From Camelus dromedarius (lineage: Eukaryota): DNA of 64,000 nucleotides. Below are positions 36,321 to 48,819 of this stretch, piece after piece. Position numbers and translations under genes: made by a program. The notes below the pieces were generated by a model. It was not told the DNA's origin and did no database searches. It saw only the letters and a program-made list of their open reading frames with translations. The stretch is from contig NC_087461.1 of the NCBI RefSeq assembly GCF_036321535.1, positions 12,028,001 to 12,092,000 of the forward strand. Reading direction: 5' to 3'. Numbering within the stretch: position 1 is the stretch's first letter; each line of letters begins with the position of its first letter.

Positions 36321-36973
36321 AGAGGATTTTCTCTAGCATGGGAACTAAGTGGACAGGGGTGGGGGACTATGACGACTGGCTGGCATGGTCCACTTCAGTT
36401 TCCTTCTAGCATGCCTCTCTTTACTTTAGAAGCTGATAAGACTCATTCTGGAATGTGAGATGTGCAGGCTTCCAGACGTAGGGAGCAGGGCACTGGTGGA
36501 GGTTTCGGGTTCTCTTTGGCATCAAAGGTCTCAGAGCACAGTCACTCGCTTGGTAGGGTTGGAAGTCAGGGTGCAAAGCATCCATTTTTCTACTACTAAG
36601 GATGCAGGTGTGGTCCAGCTTTCTAACAGAACCAGCAGCTTCCTGACCAAGACAGCCATGGCTTTGGAGTCTCAGGGGTCCAAGGTGGCCAGAAGCTTCC
36701 TCTTTGTCAAATGGGTTCTGCATTGTCCCACTTCTAGAGTGAAAATTTGGCCCAATGATTCTGCAAGCCACTTAATAAGTCCTTTTTTTTTTTTTTTTTT
36801 TTTTTGCTTAAACCAGCTGGAGTCAGTTCAGTTCAGTTTTCTGCAACTGAACCCCAGCTGCTACAAGGGGTCTGATTTGCTGTATTTGTAGAAATTGTAG
36901 TGCTGCCTCTTGTGTGTATTTCAGAAAATATGACAAGTACCAGTACAGACTGATGACTTTTAGAGACTTGGCA

Positions 36974-37009
36974 GTGAACTGGAGAGTGAACTGGAGAATG
37001 AACTGGAGG
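36974..37009 (+). repeat. 12-bp tandem repeat x3
   Basis: gtgaactggaga gtgaactggaga atgaactggagg. Confidence 0.9.
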
Positions 37010-38201
37010 TGTGGTTTCCCAACTGCGTTCCTTAGAACTCTGGAGTTTTCTGGTGTTTTCTCTACTGTAAATATTGCACTTTCATATAAGATTTCATTTG
37101 GAAAATGAGCTATGCTAAATTTCTAACACACAGTAAAATACATTAAGTAGACCAAGGGGCATGGAAGAATAGGGGAGTTATGAAGAAAGTTCCTCTAGAC
37201 AGCAAGAATCCTTGAGTACTTCTCTTTTGCCATATTGAGTGAGTCAAAAAGATTGCCTCCTAGTTGTTTTTGTTTTTTTGCACTTGATGTAACAAATGTC
37301 TTGAAAGGTAGCTTTTAAAAACTGAATCAATCTTTAAACTAAGGAGGAGGGGGAATGGATGGGGGACCAGGAATTAACCACTGAAGGAAACATTTCAACA
37401 AATCCTCTTGGTAGAGCAAAACATGGTTTTGTGATACAAGTAATCACCCCCGAATTTTCCTTTATAAGCTTGGGTTTTCATATGTGAGGTTTTCTGAAAG
37501 AAGGGAGTACTTATCCAAGTTTACCCACTTGGCTCTCAATTCACCCATAAGAAAGAATGTTCTTGTAAAAGATTGTGTAGACTCATGATTTGTTTGTACT
37601 TACTTTAAAAAATAAAGTTAGTCAGATGTCTTTCGAAATCCCTTGCTATTAACATTCCTGGGTTGAAACTGTAGAATAGGCTTCTCAGACTTTGAGGAAA
37701 TGGTTTAGTTAATGTGGTACCTGAGGAGTTCTGTGCCCATCACCAACATCTTGAGGGTTACTTTGCAGACAGGATGCAGGTAGGGAAAGTGTCAACAAAG
37801 GTGGATAGAAGATTTGATGGATTCTCAGAGTTGGAGCCCTCCCCGAGAGACCATCATTTTACAGGGTCTGTCTGAGGCTGGGAAGTACCAGTGAAAAGAC
37901 GTGGAGAAGACTGTGGGTCTCCTGTTTCTGTTTCTTCCTTTATCGCTGGGATGTTCCTAAACCTGGATCACAGGTCACCTTTTTGTAAAGTTATCAGAAA
38001 ACATTTCTCTACTGCAGGTGGAGCTATAGGGTTAAATAACTGGAAAGGTGACTTTAGTTGCCAAAGCTATTTCAGAAAATCAGACTGCTGGTAAACCGGT
38101 GTGAAATATTTCTTTCTCTATGTCACAGCCGTGAAACCCCATCCAAACCCAGACTCCTAGATAATGTTTATGCTTATCCTTTATTCAAAGAGGAAGTCAT
38201 C

Positions 38202-38465
38202 CATAGAATATAAACTTGTGGTTTCCAAGGGGGCGGGGGGTTGGAACAGATAGACTGGGATTTCAAAATTGTAGAATAGATAAACAACATTATACTGTAT
38301 AGTACAGGGAAATATATACAAGATCCCTATGGTAGCTCACAGAGAAAAAAATGTGACAGTGAATATACACATGTTCACGTATAGCTGAAAAATTGAGCTC
38401 TACACTGGAATTTGACACAACATTGTAAAATGATTATAAATCAATTAAAAAAGTTAAAAAAAAAA
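38202..38465 (+). mobile_element. 5'-truncated camelid L1 3' UTR with poly(A) and 8-bp TSD
   Basis: catagaatataaacttgtggtttccaaggggg…tagataaacaacattatactgtatagtacaggg…tttgacacaacattgtaaaatgattataaatcaattaaaaaag-A(n). TSD aagtcatc at 38194-38201 and 38464-38471. Confidence 0.88.
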
Positions 38466-39975
38466 GTCATCATCAAGTTTCATAAGACAACAGAAAAAAG
38501 CAAGTTTCATCCATTATTTATACCTCTCTACATCCAAAATAGATTTGATTTGGCTTAAAACAATAAAAGTATATAAGAACCATTAAACTAAGAATTAATA
38601 CAAGTAGCAGTTGGGCACAATATGTGTGCCAGGAAAATTAAGATAAGAATAATTGCTGTTAATTGCAGCCAAGATAAAAAAAAAAGAAGATAAAAGAAGA
38701 AATATAATGAGTTCAGTGGATTTCATTATTTAAGAAGAGGTTTATAGCAGCTCATTTAGAGCATTATAATCCAAGAACTCCTGTATCTTAATGTTGTTGA
38801 CATCGTATTATGTAATAGACAGTTATATTTAACACTTGTTTTATGGAAAGATTCTTTGTAGAAAACTTTAAAATCCAAGGACATAGTATGAAATTATCTT
38901 ATTAGAAGTTGTGTCTTTTGGACTCTTGTAGGTTTCTGGTGATGTAATTGGATACATGGCAAAAGTTCATCTAGTCTTGATAATTGACCTGGCCCCCAAA
39001 TGATTGGCTCTTGGCTAGTAATGGTCTCATTAGGGTGGGTAACTTCAGACAGAGGGGAGAATTTGAGGGGCAGGTCACTGTAGAATGCTTGAAAGGCAAA
39101 AGATTTGGAGAAGAATCCCCAAATTCCAAATTCCAAATTCCTAGTAATACCAACCACTGCTCTGCACTCTTTCCGGGGATGAGATTGGAGGTATCTGGAT
39201 TCAGATAATGTGCCCTGCCTGATATGCTCTGCTGCGGTTTGGTTGGAACAGAAGATGAGGCTTTAAGAAATGTTGCCTGAACTGCTTTGCGGGGAAAAGA
39301 TTTAGTTTATTGAATGCTGTTGTTTTTCCTTTGCTGCGAAAACTCTACCTAAAATCTGTTGACAATGACTTGCTGTTTTTTTGGTAAATGTAAAATTCAT
39401 TGCACCCTTAAGAGTTTCTTGCCAAGTTAACTTTGTTCTTTCAAAGCCAGCTTTAAAATATAATCCTTGATGCTCATCTAATTCTCTAAGAGATTGCACA
39501 CATTCTTTGCACCTGCTTTTAAAGATTATTCTATGAACTACTAAAAATAATATTAAGATGCAAACCAGCTTTATGTTATACACCCAGGTAGAATTCCATC
39601 CTTGGTGCCCTCATCCTAGACATGACCTCCAGAAAGCTGCCCAGGGGCGTCTGGAAACTGAGATTTGGGGCAGTTTCTTCTGTTTCAGGCAGAGTGTAAG
39701 AAGAGAGGGAAGTATGTGTCTGCATTGTTAGAGGGTCGCTGTAAGTCTTCATAGGTGAAGGAATCAGTGAATTCCATCCAGATTTCTCAAGTAACCCCTG
39801 TGACACAGGATGTCAACTAAGCGGCCTCAAGGTCCAGAGATGAGGTCCTGTGTAGACCACCTGGGGACTCAGTCTCCATCCAGAAGCTGCTTTTGAGCAT
39901 GAGAGTAGGTGAGCCCCGAGGCCGCACCAAGATGGTCTGCAGTTTCTTGTCAGGCTGAGCCACTCTCTTAGGGGC

Positions 39976-40383
39976 TGTTATTGGCCAAACAGTATCTTCC
40001 TCTCACTACCCCCCTCCAAGTTTGTATGTTGAAGACCTAACGTCCACCATCCCCAGTCTCTCAGAATGTGACTGTATTTAGAGAAAGGGCCTTTTTAAAG
40101 AGGTGATTAAGTTAGAATGAAGTCATAAGGGTGGGTCCTAATCCAATAGGGCTGGTGTCCTTACAAGAAGAGGTTAGGTCACAGACGGGCACAGAGGGAA
40201 GACTGTGTGAGGGCAGAGGGAGAAGATGGCCCTCTGCAAGCCAAGGGGAGCGACACCAGAGGAAATCGGCTCCACTGACTGCTTGGTCTAAGACTTTCAG
40301 CCTCCGAAACTGTGAAGGGATAGATTTCTGTCGTGAAGTCACCCAGTGTGTGGATGAAATGGCAGCGCCAGCAAGCAAACACA
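39976..40383 (+). mobile_element. MLT1A/B ERVL-MaLR solo LTR
   Basis: tgttattggcc…tatgttgaagacctaac…gaatgtgactgtatttagagaaagggcctttttaaagaggtgattaagttag…tttcagcctccgaaactgtga…agcaagcaaacaca (TG…CA ends). Confidence 0.92.
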
Positions 40384-40939
40384 GGAACACGGGACATTCT
40401 TCTTTCCTTTTTTATACAAGGGGACAGTCAGGCTTGAGGCAGTTGTCACAAACTTAAAGTGTTTGTTTCTTCAAGACAGTGAAAATTCAATTAGTCAGGT
40501 TTTCTGTTTATTTTAATTTGGGTTTTATTGCTACGCCTTTCAGCCTTTGGACAGTACATCGACTTGGTCTCTTAGCATTGCAAGGGGACATTTTAAACCC
40601 CTGGGACAGTTTCAACTTCCATAACTACTTTTCTGTCTGGCATCTCCCAAGCCCCATCCTCAGACTTAGCAAATGAAAATTGTTTCGCATCTAAATTATT
40701 TAACTGTATCTCATCAAGAAAAGCTCCAAATTTCATCATGCCAAATTTGAGTTCTTGCAAGTTTGGTGATGTCATTAAAGATGATGTTCCCACCAACTTG
40801 ACACTTTCAGAACTTTTCTTAGGTGTTAATTGGCTTTCAGACATCTCTGGCTAAATTTCTCCCAATAATATAAAGCTAAAAATGATTTAAGAACTGAATC
40901 CTTCCATTTTTTTTTCTTTATAGGTTTTGCCCATTTCTC

Positions 40940-41090
40940 AATTTTTTTCTCCATTTATGTATTTATGCATTTATTAAGAATCTGTTCAGTTCCTGGCACT
41001 GTTAAAGGTGCCATGGTGAGTTATTTAAAAAAATATATGAAATCTGGTTCTTGTATTCAAGGAATTTTCAGTATAACTGAAGACACATGG
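40940..41090 (-). mobile_element. L2 3' terminal fragment
   Basis: tgcatttattaagaatctgttcagttcctggcactgtt…ttcttgtattcaaggaattttcagtata. Confidence 0.55.
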
Positions 41091-41149
41091 TAACCATGTA
41101 AAGCCATTAAAATATACATAAATCAAAGACTGCATGGATGGAGCTGTGC

Positions 41150-41400
41150 ATACACCCAGCCTCACTGGCTCCCAGCTGTTCCAGCATCTTCCACATCAGG
41201 AACATGCCCATGCTGCTCTCTCTGTCTGGATCCAAACCCCACTTGTGGGCCCCCCATGTCTGCATGGTCCCCTCCTCACTGCATTCAGAGCTGTGCTCAA
41301 ACAGCCTCTTCAGAGAGCCCTCCCCTGAGTAAGATGGCACCCACCCTGCCAACCTCTTTTGACTTACCCATCTACATTCTTTCTCATGATACATCATTTA
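41150..41400 (+). mobile_element. L2 fragment
   Basis: ctggctcccagctgttccagcatc…cccctcctcactgcattcagagctgtgctcaaa…cagagagccctcccctga. Confidence 0.55.
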
Positions 41401-41403
41401 GAA

Positions 41404-41560
41404 CAGTGGTTCTCCAATTTTAGCAGAGAACGTATTAAAACACAGATGTCTGGCTCTGCTTACTGCCTTTCTGATTCAGTAGAATGATGGTGAGACCCAC
41501 GGATATGCAGCTCTAAATAGTTCCTGGGTCACCTGGATGCTGCTGGTCAGGGGATCCCTG
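41404..41560. mobile_element. MER5A-type hAT-Charlie MITE
   Basis: cagtggttctccaatttt…ttaaaacacagatgtctgg…ttctgattcagtag…tggatgctgctggtc. Confidence 0.75.
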
Positions 41561-42384
41561 ATTCAGGGTAATATTACTCCCTGGGAAAGATTTAAAGTAT
41601 CATTACAACATAGCACCACATGAGGGCATTTTATTTAGTCTCCATAGTGGATGGAAAGCAGTCCTCTTACATTAGCAGGAAACTATGGAGACCATAATGT
41701 CTGCTGCAGATCACGTCCTTGAACTGGAGTATTTAATTCCAGCTCACTTGACTCAGAGGGCCCTCATAAGAAGTGTGAGAATCACGCATCCTTCCTGCAG
41801 TGTACTGTAGAGCCAACCTGCCTCGCCTTCTTCTGCTCTGTGCCCTTCCTATTTTTGATCCCTATTTGATCTGTGACCTGCCTTTATCTGCCATCTCATC
41901 ACCCAGCTTGATGCACTTGGAAATGTACAGATTCAATGTGCCTGGCCTTTTCATAGGACATCATGCCTCTCTGTACCCACAGCTCGATTTCCTGAACTCA
42001 GAGATGCCCCCCCCCCACACCAGTGTCCTGCCCTTGTCTGCCCCAGGGAAACTCTTGCACCAGCCGTGGTCAGTTAGGACCCAGGTATTGGTATTGATAT
42101 GGTGTTGACAGGGCAAAAGCTGGTGGATGAGTCCAGTGCAGCTGAAAATTTTGCTGGAGAAGAGAGATCCCTTGGGACAAGATGCTTTATGCTTTGATTC
42201 AGTCATTGGTTTTGCATGATTCTAGGGCAGCGTTCTTTCATATGCTCCCGTTTGCCTTTGTACGAAGAGTCAGGTAATACAGGAACCCTTTTAAGAGTAA
42301 AATATTTCAATTTAACATATTAATTAAATACATATTAAATACCTAGAATGCCCGTGGTGCTGTATTAGGTAGGAAGAAAGTAAG

Positions 42385-43170
42385 TCATTCTTTCAACAAA
42401 TATTTACTGAGTTCCTACTAAGGCAGCCCTGGGTGCTGTCAACCAAAGAATCACAACCCTCTGATGTTCTGGAGCTGCTATTATGTTGGGAGAAGAGATG
42501 ATAAACAAGTAGAATACAGAATAGATGGTATAAATGCCATGGAGAGGAATAAAATAGAGGCAGGGGTCCAGTGAGTGCTGCAAAGATGAAGGTGTGAAAG
42601 TTGTCATTTTGAAAAGGGTGGACAGGGAGAGCATCACTGAGAAAGCAGCATTTGAGCCATGACCCACAGCACATGAGGATGCAGGCCATGCAGACATCTT
42701 GGGGAGGAGAATTCCAGGCAAAGGAACCAGCCAGTGCAAAAGCTTTGAGGGAGGGCACACCTGGCGCACTCAGGAAACAGCCAGGAGACCACTGTGACTG
42801 GCACAGTAACAGAGGAGTTAGGGGATGAGTCTGGATAAACAACGGGAGCTGGATAATATAGGGCTTGGACAACAGCAGATATCTGCACAACGCTGTCCTC
42901 ATTGCAACGGGAATGGCTATATCACAGAATTATGAGCAGTGGGCATTGATCCCATTTTAAAGATTGTATTCTGGCTGCAGGGTTTGAAGTAGAATAATGG
43001 GGGACTAAGCAGAATTTGTGAGGACTAGTTAGTCTTGCTGTAATCTAAGGAGATGAGGGTGTTAGCAGTGGAAGCAGTGAGAAGAATTTGGATTCTGTAT
43101 GTGTTCTGAAATTAGAGTAAGAAGAATCCTTGCCATCCAGAGGTTCTAATGAAGGAGAGATATCTATGTA
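42385..43170 (-). mobile_element. L2 3' region
   Basis: tcattctttcaacaaatatttactgag (L2 terminus, reverse)…catcactgagaaagcagcatttgagc…ggaggagaattccaggcaaaggaaccagccagtgcaaaagc…gatcccattttaaagattgtattctggctgc. Confidence 0.9.
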
Positions 43171-43184
43171 AGAAATCACCAGAG

Positions 43185-43300
43185 TAGCTGACATTGGCCC
43201 CCCAGATACATGGTATCTAACATGCTATACAGCAAGGCCAGGATCTGAACCCCCCGCAGTCTGTCTCCAGAGCCCATGTACTAAACCACTGTACTGTACT
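43185..43300 (-). mobile_element. MIR fragment
   Basis: gcaaggccaggatctgaacccc…cagtctgtctccagagcccatgtactaaaccact. Confidence 0.75.
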
Positions 43301-43309
43301 GAAAAGGGA

Positions 43310-43500
43310 AAGCAGAAAACAGTCAGAGAACAGTGGAATAATGTCTTCAAGATCCTGGGGGAAATATCACTTTTAACAAGTATTCATTTAGCCAGCAAGG
43401 TTGTTACTTAAGAGTGAGGGTGAAGAGAAGACATTTTCAGGTGAGCAGATTAAGAGTATTTAGCATCCAAAGACTCTGGCTGAAAGAACTGGTAACATGT
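43310..43500 (+). mobile_element. L1 ORF1 C-terminal remnant
   Basis: 43392-43448 translates to PARLLLKSEGEEKTFSGEQ, resembling the L1 ORF1p C-terminal motif PAKLSF-SEGEIK-F-DKQ. Confidence 0.7.
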
Positions 43501-43504
43501 ATTT

Positions 43505-46168
43505 CACATAAAAATCCTCAACAAAATATTAGCAAATCAAGTCTAACAATCTATTAGAAAAAAATACATCACCACTGAGAGGGGTTTATCCCAGGTATGC
43601 AAGGCTAGTTGAATATTTGAAATTCAGTCAATGTTATCTACCATATCAACGGGCTAAAGAAGAAACGAATCGTATGATTACATCAACTAACATATTACAA
43701 AGCATTTGAAAGAAAACTGTATCCATACATGATTAAAAAAAAACTAACAAACTGGGAATGGAGGGGAACTTTCTCAACACATAAAGAGCCTCTACCAAAA
43801 AACCTACTGCTAACGTCATGCTTAATGGTGAGAGACTGAATGCTTTCCTTCTTAAGACTGGGAACAAGGAAGGCAAGACTATCCAACCTCACCATTCTTA
43901 TTCAGCGTAATTCTGGAAGTTCTAGCCAGTGCAGCAGACAAGGAAAAGAAGTAAAAAGCATGCCACTTAGAAAAGAGGAAGTAAAACTCTCTGTGCTTCC
44001 AAAAGACCTATCTACATAGAAAATCCCAAAGGATGTACCCAAAAAAAAAAAAAAGACAAACAAACCAACAGAACCCTCTCATAGAAGTAATAAGTGAGTT
44101 CAGCAAGGTCACAGGATACAAGATTAACATACAAACTCAACTGCATCTCTGTATACACAAAGCAAACACATGGAAGCCAAAATGAAAAGCATAATGTGAT
44201 TTACAGTTGCTCCAAAGAATATTAAATACTTAGGTATAAATCTAACAGAACACATACAGGATCTGTATGCTGGAAATTACAATACACTGATGAAAGCAAT
44301 CGTGAACCTAGTAAGTGAAGAGATACTGTTTTCATAGATTGGAAGCCTCAACAGAGTAAAGATGTTAGTTTTCTCCAAATTGATCTACAGGTTTAAGACA
44401 ACTCCTATTAAAATCACAGCAAGTTTTTTGTTTTGTTTTGTTTTAGAAACAGAAGCAAGCTTATTCTAAAATTTATATAAAAAGGCAGAAGGGCTAGAAA
44501 GGGTAAAACAATTTTGACAAAGAAGAAATAAAATGGGAGGAATCAATATACCTGATTTTGAGCCTGACCACAGAGCTACAGCAATCAGGACTGTGTGGTA
44601 TTGGCAGAGAGACAGACATGTAGATTAATGAAACAGAATAGAGAACACAGAACTCTACCCAGAAAATTATACTGAACTGATTTTTGACAAAATTGCGAAA
44701 GCAGTTCAATGGAAGACAGACAGCTTTTTCAACAAGTGATATTTGGATCGGTTGGACATCCACAGGCCGAAAAGAGAACTTTAACTTAATTCTCACACTT
44801 GTACAAAAATTAACTCAAGCTAGATCATGGACTTAAATGTAAAATGTTGAAAATTGAAGCCTTTCGGAAAAAATAAAGAGATACTATTCAGGACTTTGAG
44901 TTTTGTGAATAGTTCTTAGATGTAACACCAAAAGCACAATCCATAAAAGGAAAAATTGATAAAATGGACCTCTTCCAAAACAGAGGCCAAAAAAACAGAC
45001 CTTGTTAAGAGGATGAAAAGATAAGCTACAGTCTGGGAGAAAAATATTTGTAGTCATGTAACTGACAGGGGACTAATATTTAAAATGTATAGAGAATTTT
45101 CAAACTCAACAATAAAAAAATAAAAAAATCCAATTAGAAAAAGGACAAAATACAGGAAGAGACATTTCAACTGGAAAGGAGGTACAAGATAGTAAACAAG
45201 AAATGGAAATATGTTCATCATTGGCTTTTTGGGATGTACAGATTTAAATGTTGTGCAGAGATAGCACTACACGTATGACAGAATGGTTACAATTTTCTTT
45301 AAAGGTTATCATAGGAGCCATTTACTTCAGCAAAGAGGCTGACTTTTGCAGATAATTATAACACAAAATGCTAGCAAGGATGCAGATAAACTGGATCAAT
45401 CATACACGGCTGGTGAGAATATAAAATGGTACAGCCACTCTGGAAAATAGTTTTACAGTTTAAAAAAAACCCTAAAAATAGACTTACAGTATGACTCAGG
45501 AGTTGACACTCATTGGCATTTATCTCAAGTAAATGAAAACTTTTCTTCACCCAGAAAGTTGTACATAGATGCTCACAGCTGCTTTGTTGGTAATACCAAA
45601 AGCTAGGAAGTACACAGATACCCTTCAGTGGGCAAAGAGTTAAGTACAGTATGGTCCCTCCTCACCATGGAATCCTGCTGCAATAGAAGGGCCAAACTGT
45701 TAATACACACAACAGCTTGGATGTACCTGAAGAGAATTATGCAGAGTGGGCTGGGTGGAGGGGAGCACCCATCTCTAAAGGTACTATTCCATTTATAAAA
45801 AACATTATTAAAATAAAATTATAGAAATGGAGAACAAATTAGTAATTTCCAGGGTTTGTGGGGTGTTCCCAGAGGGGTAGCATGAGGGAGACGTGTGGCG
45901 ATGATACAGTTACGTATCATGATTGGGGTAGTAGTTATGCAGAGGTAAATTTCACAGAATGACACACACACACGCACTCATGTATAAATCTGAGTAAGCT
46001 CTGTAGGTGGTTCCAATTTCAGTGTCCTGGTTTTGTTATTGTACATGGTTATTACAAGATGTCAGTGTTGGCAGAGGCAGGGTGAATGGGGCGTGGGACC
46101 TCCTTGTACATTTCTTTGCAACTTCCTGTGAATCTATAATTATTTCAAAATAAAAAGTGAAAAAAAAA
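43505..46168 (+). mobile_element. decayed L1M (L1MC/MD-like) ORF2 RT-to-3' end with poly(A)
   Basis: KILNKILAN at 43511 and gggtttatcccaggtatgcaagg (GFIPGMQG motif), with many stops and frameshifts. 3' end …tttgcaacttcctgtgaatctataattatttcaaaataaaaagtgaaaaaaaa. Confidence 0.93.
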
Positions 46169-46539
46169 GTACCAAGAATTATACTAAACCTAGGAGGAAA
46201 AAGTAGAGTATGGGAAGTTATGGTGAGAAAAATGAGTTGGTAGTCATGTTTTCCAGAAAGCTGTATGTAAGTGTCAATCCTAACGAATTCTTTAAGGGAG
46301 TTAAAAGCAAAATAAAATAAAAAGACCAGAGAGGGTGATCAGAGTAAAAGCATTCTAAAATCTTGTTTTCTAGGACAGAAAACTGTATGTTTTGAAGAGT
46401 CTTTATGATGAAACAGTAGACTGGTGTTGAAACCAACCGGTGCTATTTTAACTCATAGTAAAATCTCTTACCAAGTACCTGCTACTTGTCTGGAAACCTA
46501 CTGACATCATAGTCATGAAAGAAGGTGATTTAACCCCCT

Positions 46540-46665
46540 TTTCATTTATAGAAACACAGAGCCTAAACAGGGGTAAATGACATATGAAAGGTCATACAGG
46601 AAGTGACAAAACAGAGTCTGAATCCAAGGCTCTCTGATGCCTAAGCCTGTGTTCTTATGACTCCA
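46540..46665 (-). mobile_element. MIR fragment
   Basis: ttttcatttatagaaacacagagcc…aaatgacatatgaaaggtcatacagg…ctgaatccaaggctctctgatgcc. Confidence 0.6.
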
Positions 46666-47243
46666 CTCTGCCCTCCTGGGCAAAATGAATATTGAAGTAA
46701 GTTAATTTTCCAAAAGGGAATGTCTGCTGTGTTTTGAAGATGAAATAGTTTGACCTTTTATGGAATGAAATATGAATTATCTCTAAACTCTGAGCAAAAC
46801 AGAAAGCTTTTGTATCTACTCCTGGCATTTCATTTTGTCACCCAACCATGGGCAAGACTTAGGGCAAAATAGAAAGCTTTCACATCTTCTCTTTTCCTTT
46901 GTCAGTGCTAAACAGTCGTGGGAAGCTGGGGATCGCAAGAGCCCATCATTCAATTAGTTGTGTTACCTGGAAGAATAAAGAGCATCAATTAACTCTCAAA
47001 TTTAATGTTTTCTCAGTCAAGCTCTGAGCCTAGAAATACAATTTTTTTTAAATCTTACCCTGTGTGGATGAGAAAAGGGAGGTGGTATTTTGAAGATCAA
47101 AGAAAACCAGAAGTCATTGAACTATTGATTAACTTCCCATCGGTAAATCTTATTTCTTTTTCTCCTGATGCTAAAATGATCTTGGAGCCCAAGTATATGA
47201 AGATACATTTTTACACACACATATTCACAGAGCTTGTAGGAAG

Positions 47244-47244
<1 letters not shown>

Positions 47245-47308
<64 letters not shown>
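47245..47308. repeat. (AC)32 microsatellite
   Basis: Perfect 64-bp dinucleotide run; it explains the THTHTH and CVCVCV ORFs in the track. Confidence 0.98.
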
Positions 47309-47311
<3 letters not shown>

Positions 47312-47894
47312 GGTAATGTGTCCCTGTAAGAGGTGTTAGGGTTTAGTTTCTCCTGTTTGTTGAACAAATTTGAATAATAAAAAAAAACCCTGCAGATTCA
47401 TCTCTGCTCTAGCAGGCTTTTTCTCCTTTTAGTCTGGAATAAATGAGTATAGCTCTCCATTTTATAGGGCTGGAAAGAAGGGGTACTTTTATCTCACTTG
47501 AAACATTGTTCAGCAGAAGCTTCTATTTACTGGCTCATAAAATCTTTTATGCCTCATCTGTTGTACTTAGGATGACTATCGCGAGTGTACTGGGAAAAGA
47601 CTTGGAATATGTTGCTTCCCGAGGTTAGAATTCTAATCAGGTGGATTACTGAACCGTCCAACTTTCCTTAATGTGTACACAATTCTGCATTGGCAGGAAG
47701 TGTTGAAGAAAACTCAAATAGAGCATTAAGCAAGATGTAGCCTCAAACTCTGAAAACAGGTATGCTCGCCCACCTGTTTGTGTGCAGACTACAGAATGTG
47801 TGTGCCCAGCTCTTCCACAACTGTTTTATCTTATCAACAAAAATGCCTGTCATGGGGCTGAGCTCACCACTGTCTCTAGAAACACCGGGAGCAT

Positions 47895-48010
47895 TCTGGT
47901 CCCAGCTGTCAAGGACCAGGTCAGAGATCTTGGGCAGATCTCACATCCTTCTTATGCTTTGATTTCCTCATCCATAAAATCTTGACCCATTTCCCAGGAG
48001 ATCTGAGAAG
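47895..48010 (+). mobile_element. MIR fragment
   Basis: gatcttgggcagatctcacatccttc…tgatttcctcatccataaaat. Confidence 0.6.
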
Positions 48011-48529
48011 AAGGAGATCTAGACAAATGGTTATGAAAAGCAGAATGTCTCCTGGAAATCCTTGGTGTTGATAAAATAAGGAGCCACTGGTTTATGTTGT
48101 GCCCTTGATGAAGTGAAGATAGTTACAAGGCAAAAACAAAAAGGAAAGTACCAGAAAGAAAGAATTCCCCAAAAGGCAGGCAGCCACGGCCATAATGCTG
48201 TGGTTCATCATGCCCTGCCCTGTTTTGGAGATGATGGTTTTCCAAAGGGTCACCTTCAGTGCAATCTTAACAGCACTCATCATTCATACGTCATGAAAAG
48301 TGGCCAGGTAACTCTACCTTATCCAGTTGGACCTATGAACAGTGGCTTCACTGAATATTGGTTTATCTTATTCTCCACAAAAGATTAAAAGGTTATTTCT
48401 GAAATTTTTGTTTGAGACTCTAAGTTTTCCATGAATGGCCATTATAATATTTTTCTCAATTTTGTTATTGGATAAGATTCACCTGGATCAAAATAGTTAT
48501 TAACTCTCTTATACATTCATCTTGAGAAG

Positions 48530-48780
48530 ACAGATACCATATGGTTAAATCACAGACTCTGAAGCCAGATTGCTTGAGATCACAGCTCTGTCATCTACCG
48601 TCATGTGATGTTGGTCAAATTAACTACTCTTTGCCTCAATTTCCTCATCTGTAAATGGGTATGAAAGTAGAACCTACTTCCTAGTGTTGTAGTGAGAAGT
48701 CAATTAGTTTATGTTAATTGCTCAGCATAGTGCCTGAACCATATTAAGTACTACATAGTTGGAATATTGTTATTATTAAG
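48530..48780 (+). mobile_element. MIR SINE, near full length
   Basis: atggttaaatcacagactctgaagccaga…ttgcctcaatttcctcatctgtaaatgggt…ctcagcatagtgcctgaaccatattaagta. Confidence 0.88.
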
Positions 48781-48819
48781 CATTTCATAAAGCCACTGTG
48801 GGCAAATAAATCATGGGCT

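Noticed and set aside
41010-41021. gccATG|gtgagt start-codon exon with strong Kozak
   Set aside because: Phase 0 does not fit the phase-1 downstream exon, and it lies in an L2 remnant.
47005-47367. ORFs with THTHTH/CVCVCV runs
   Set aside because: Translation of the (AC)32 microsatellite.
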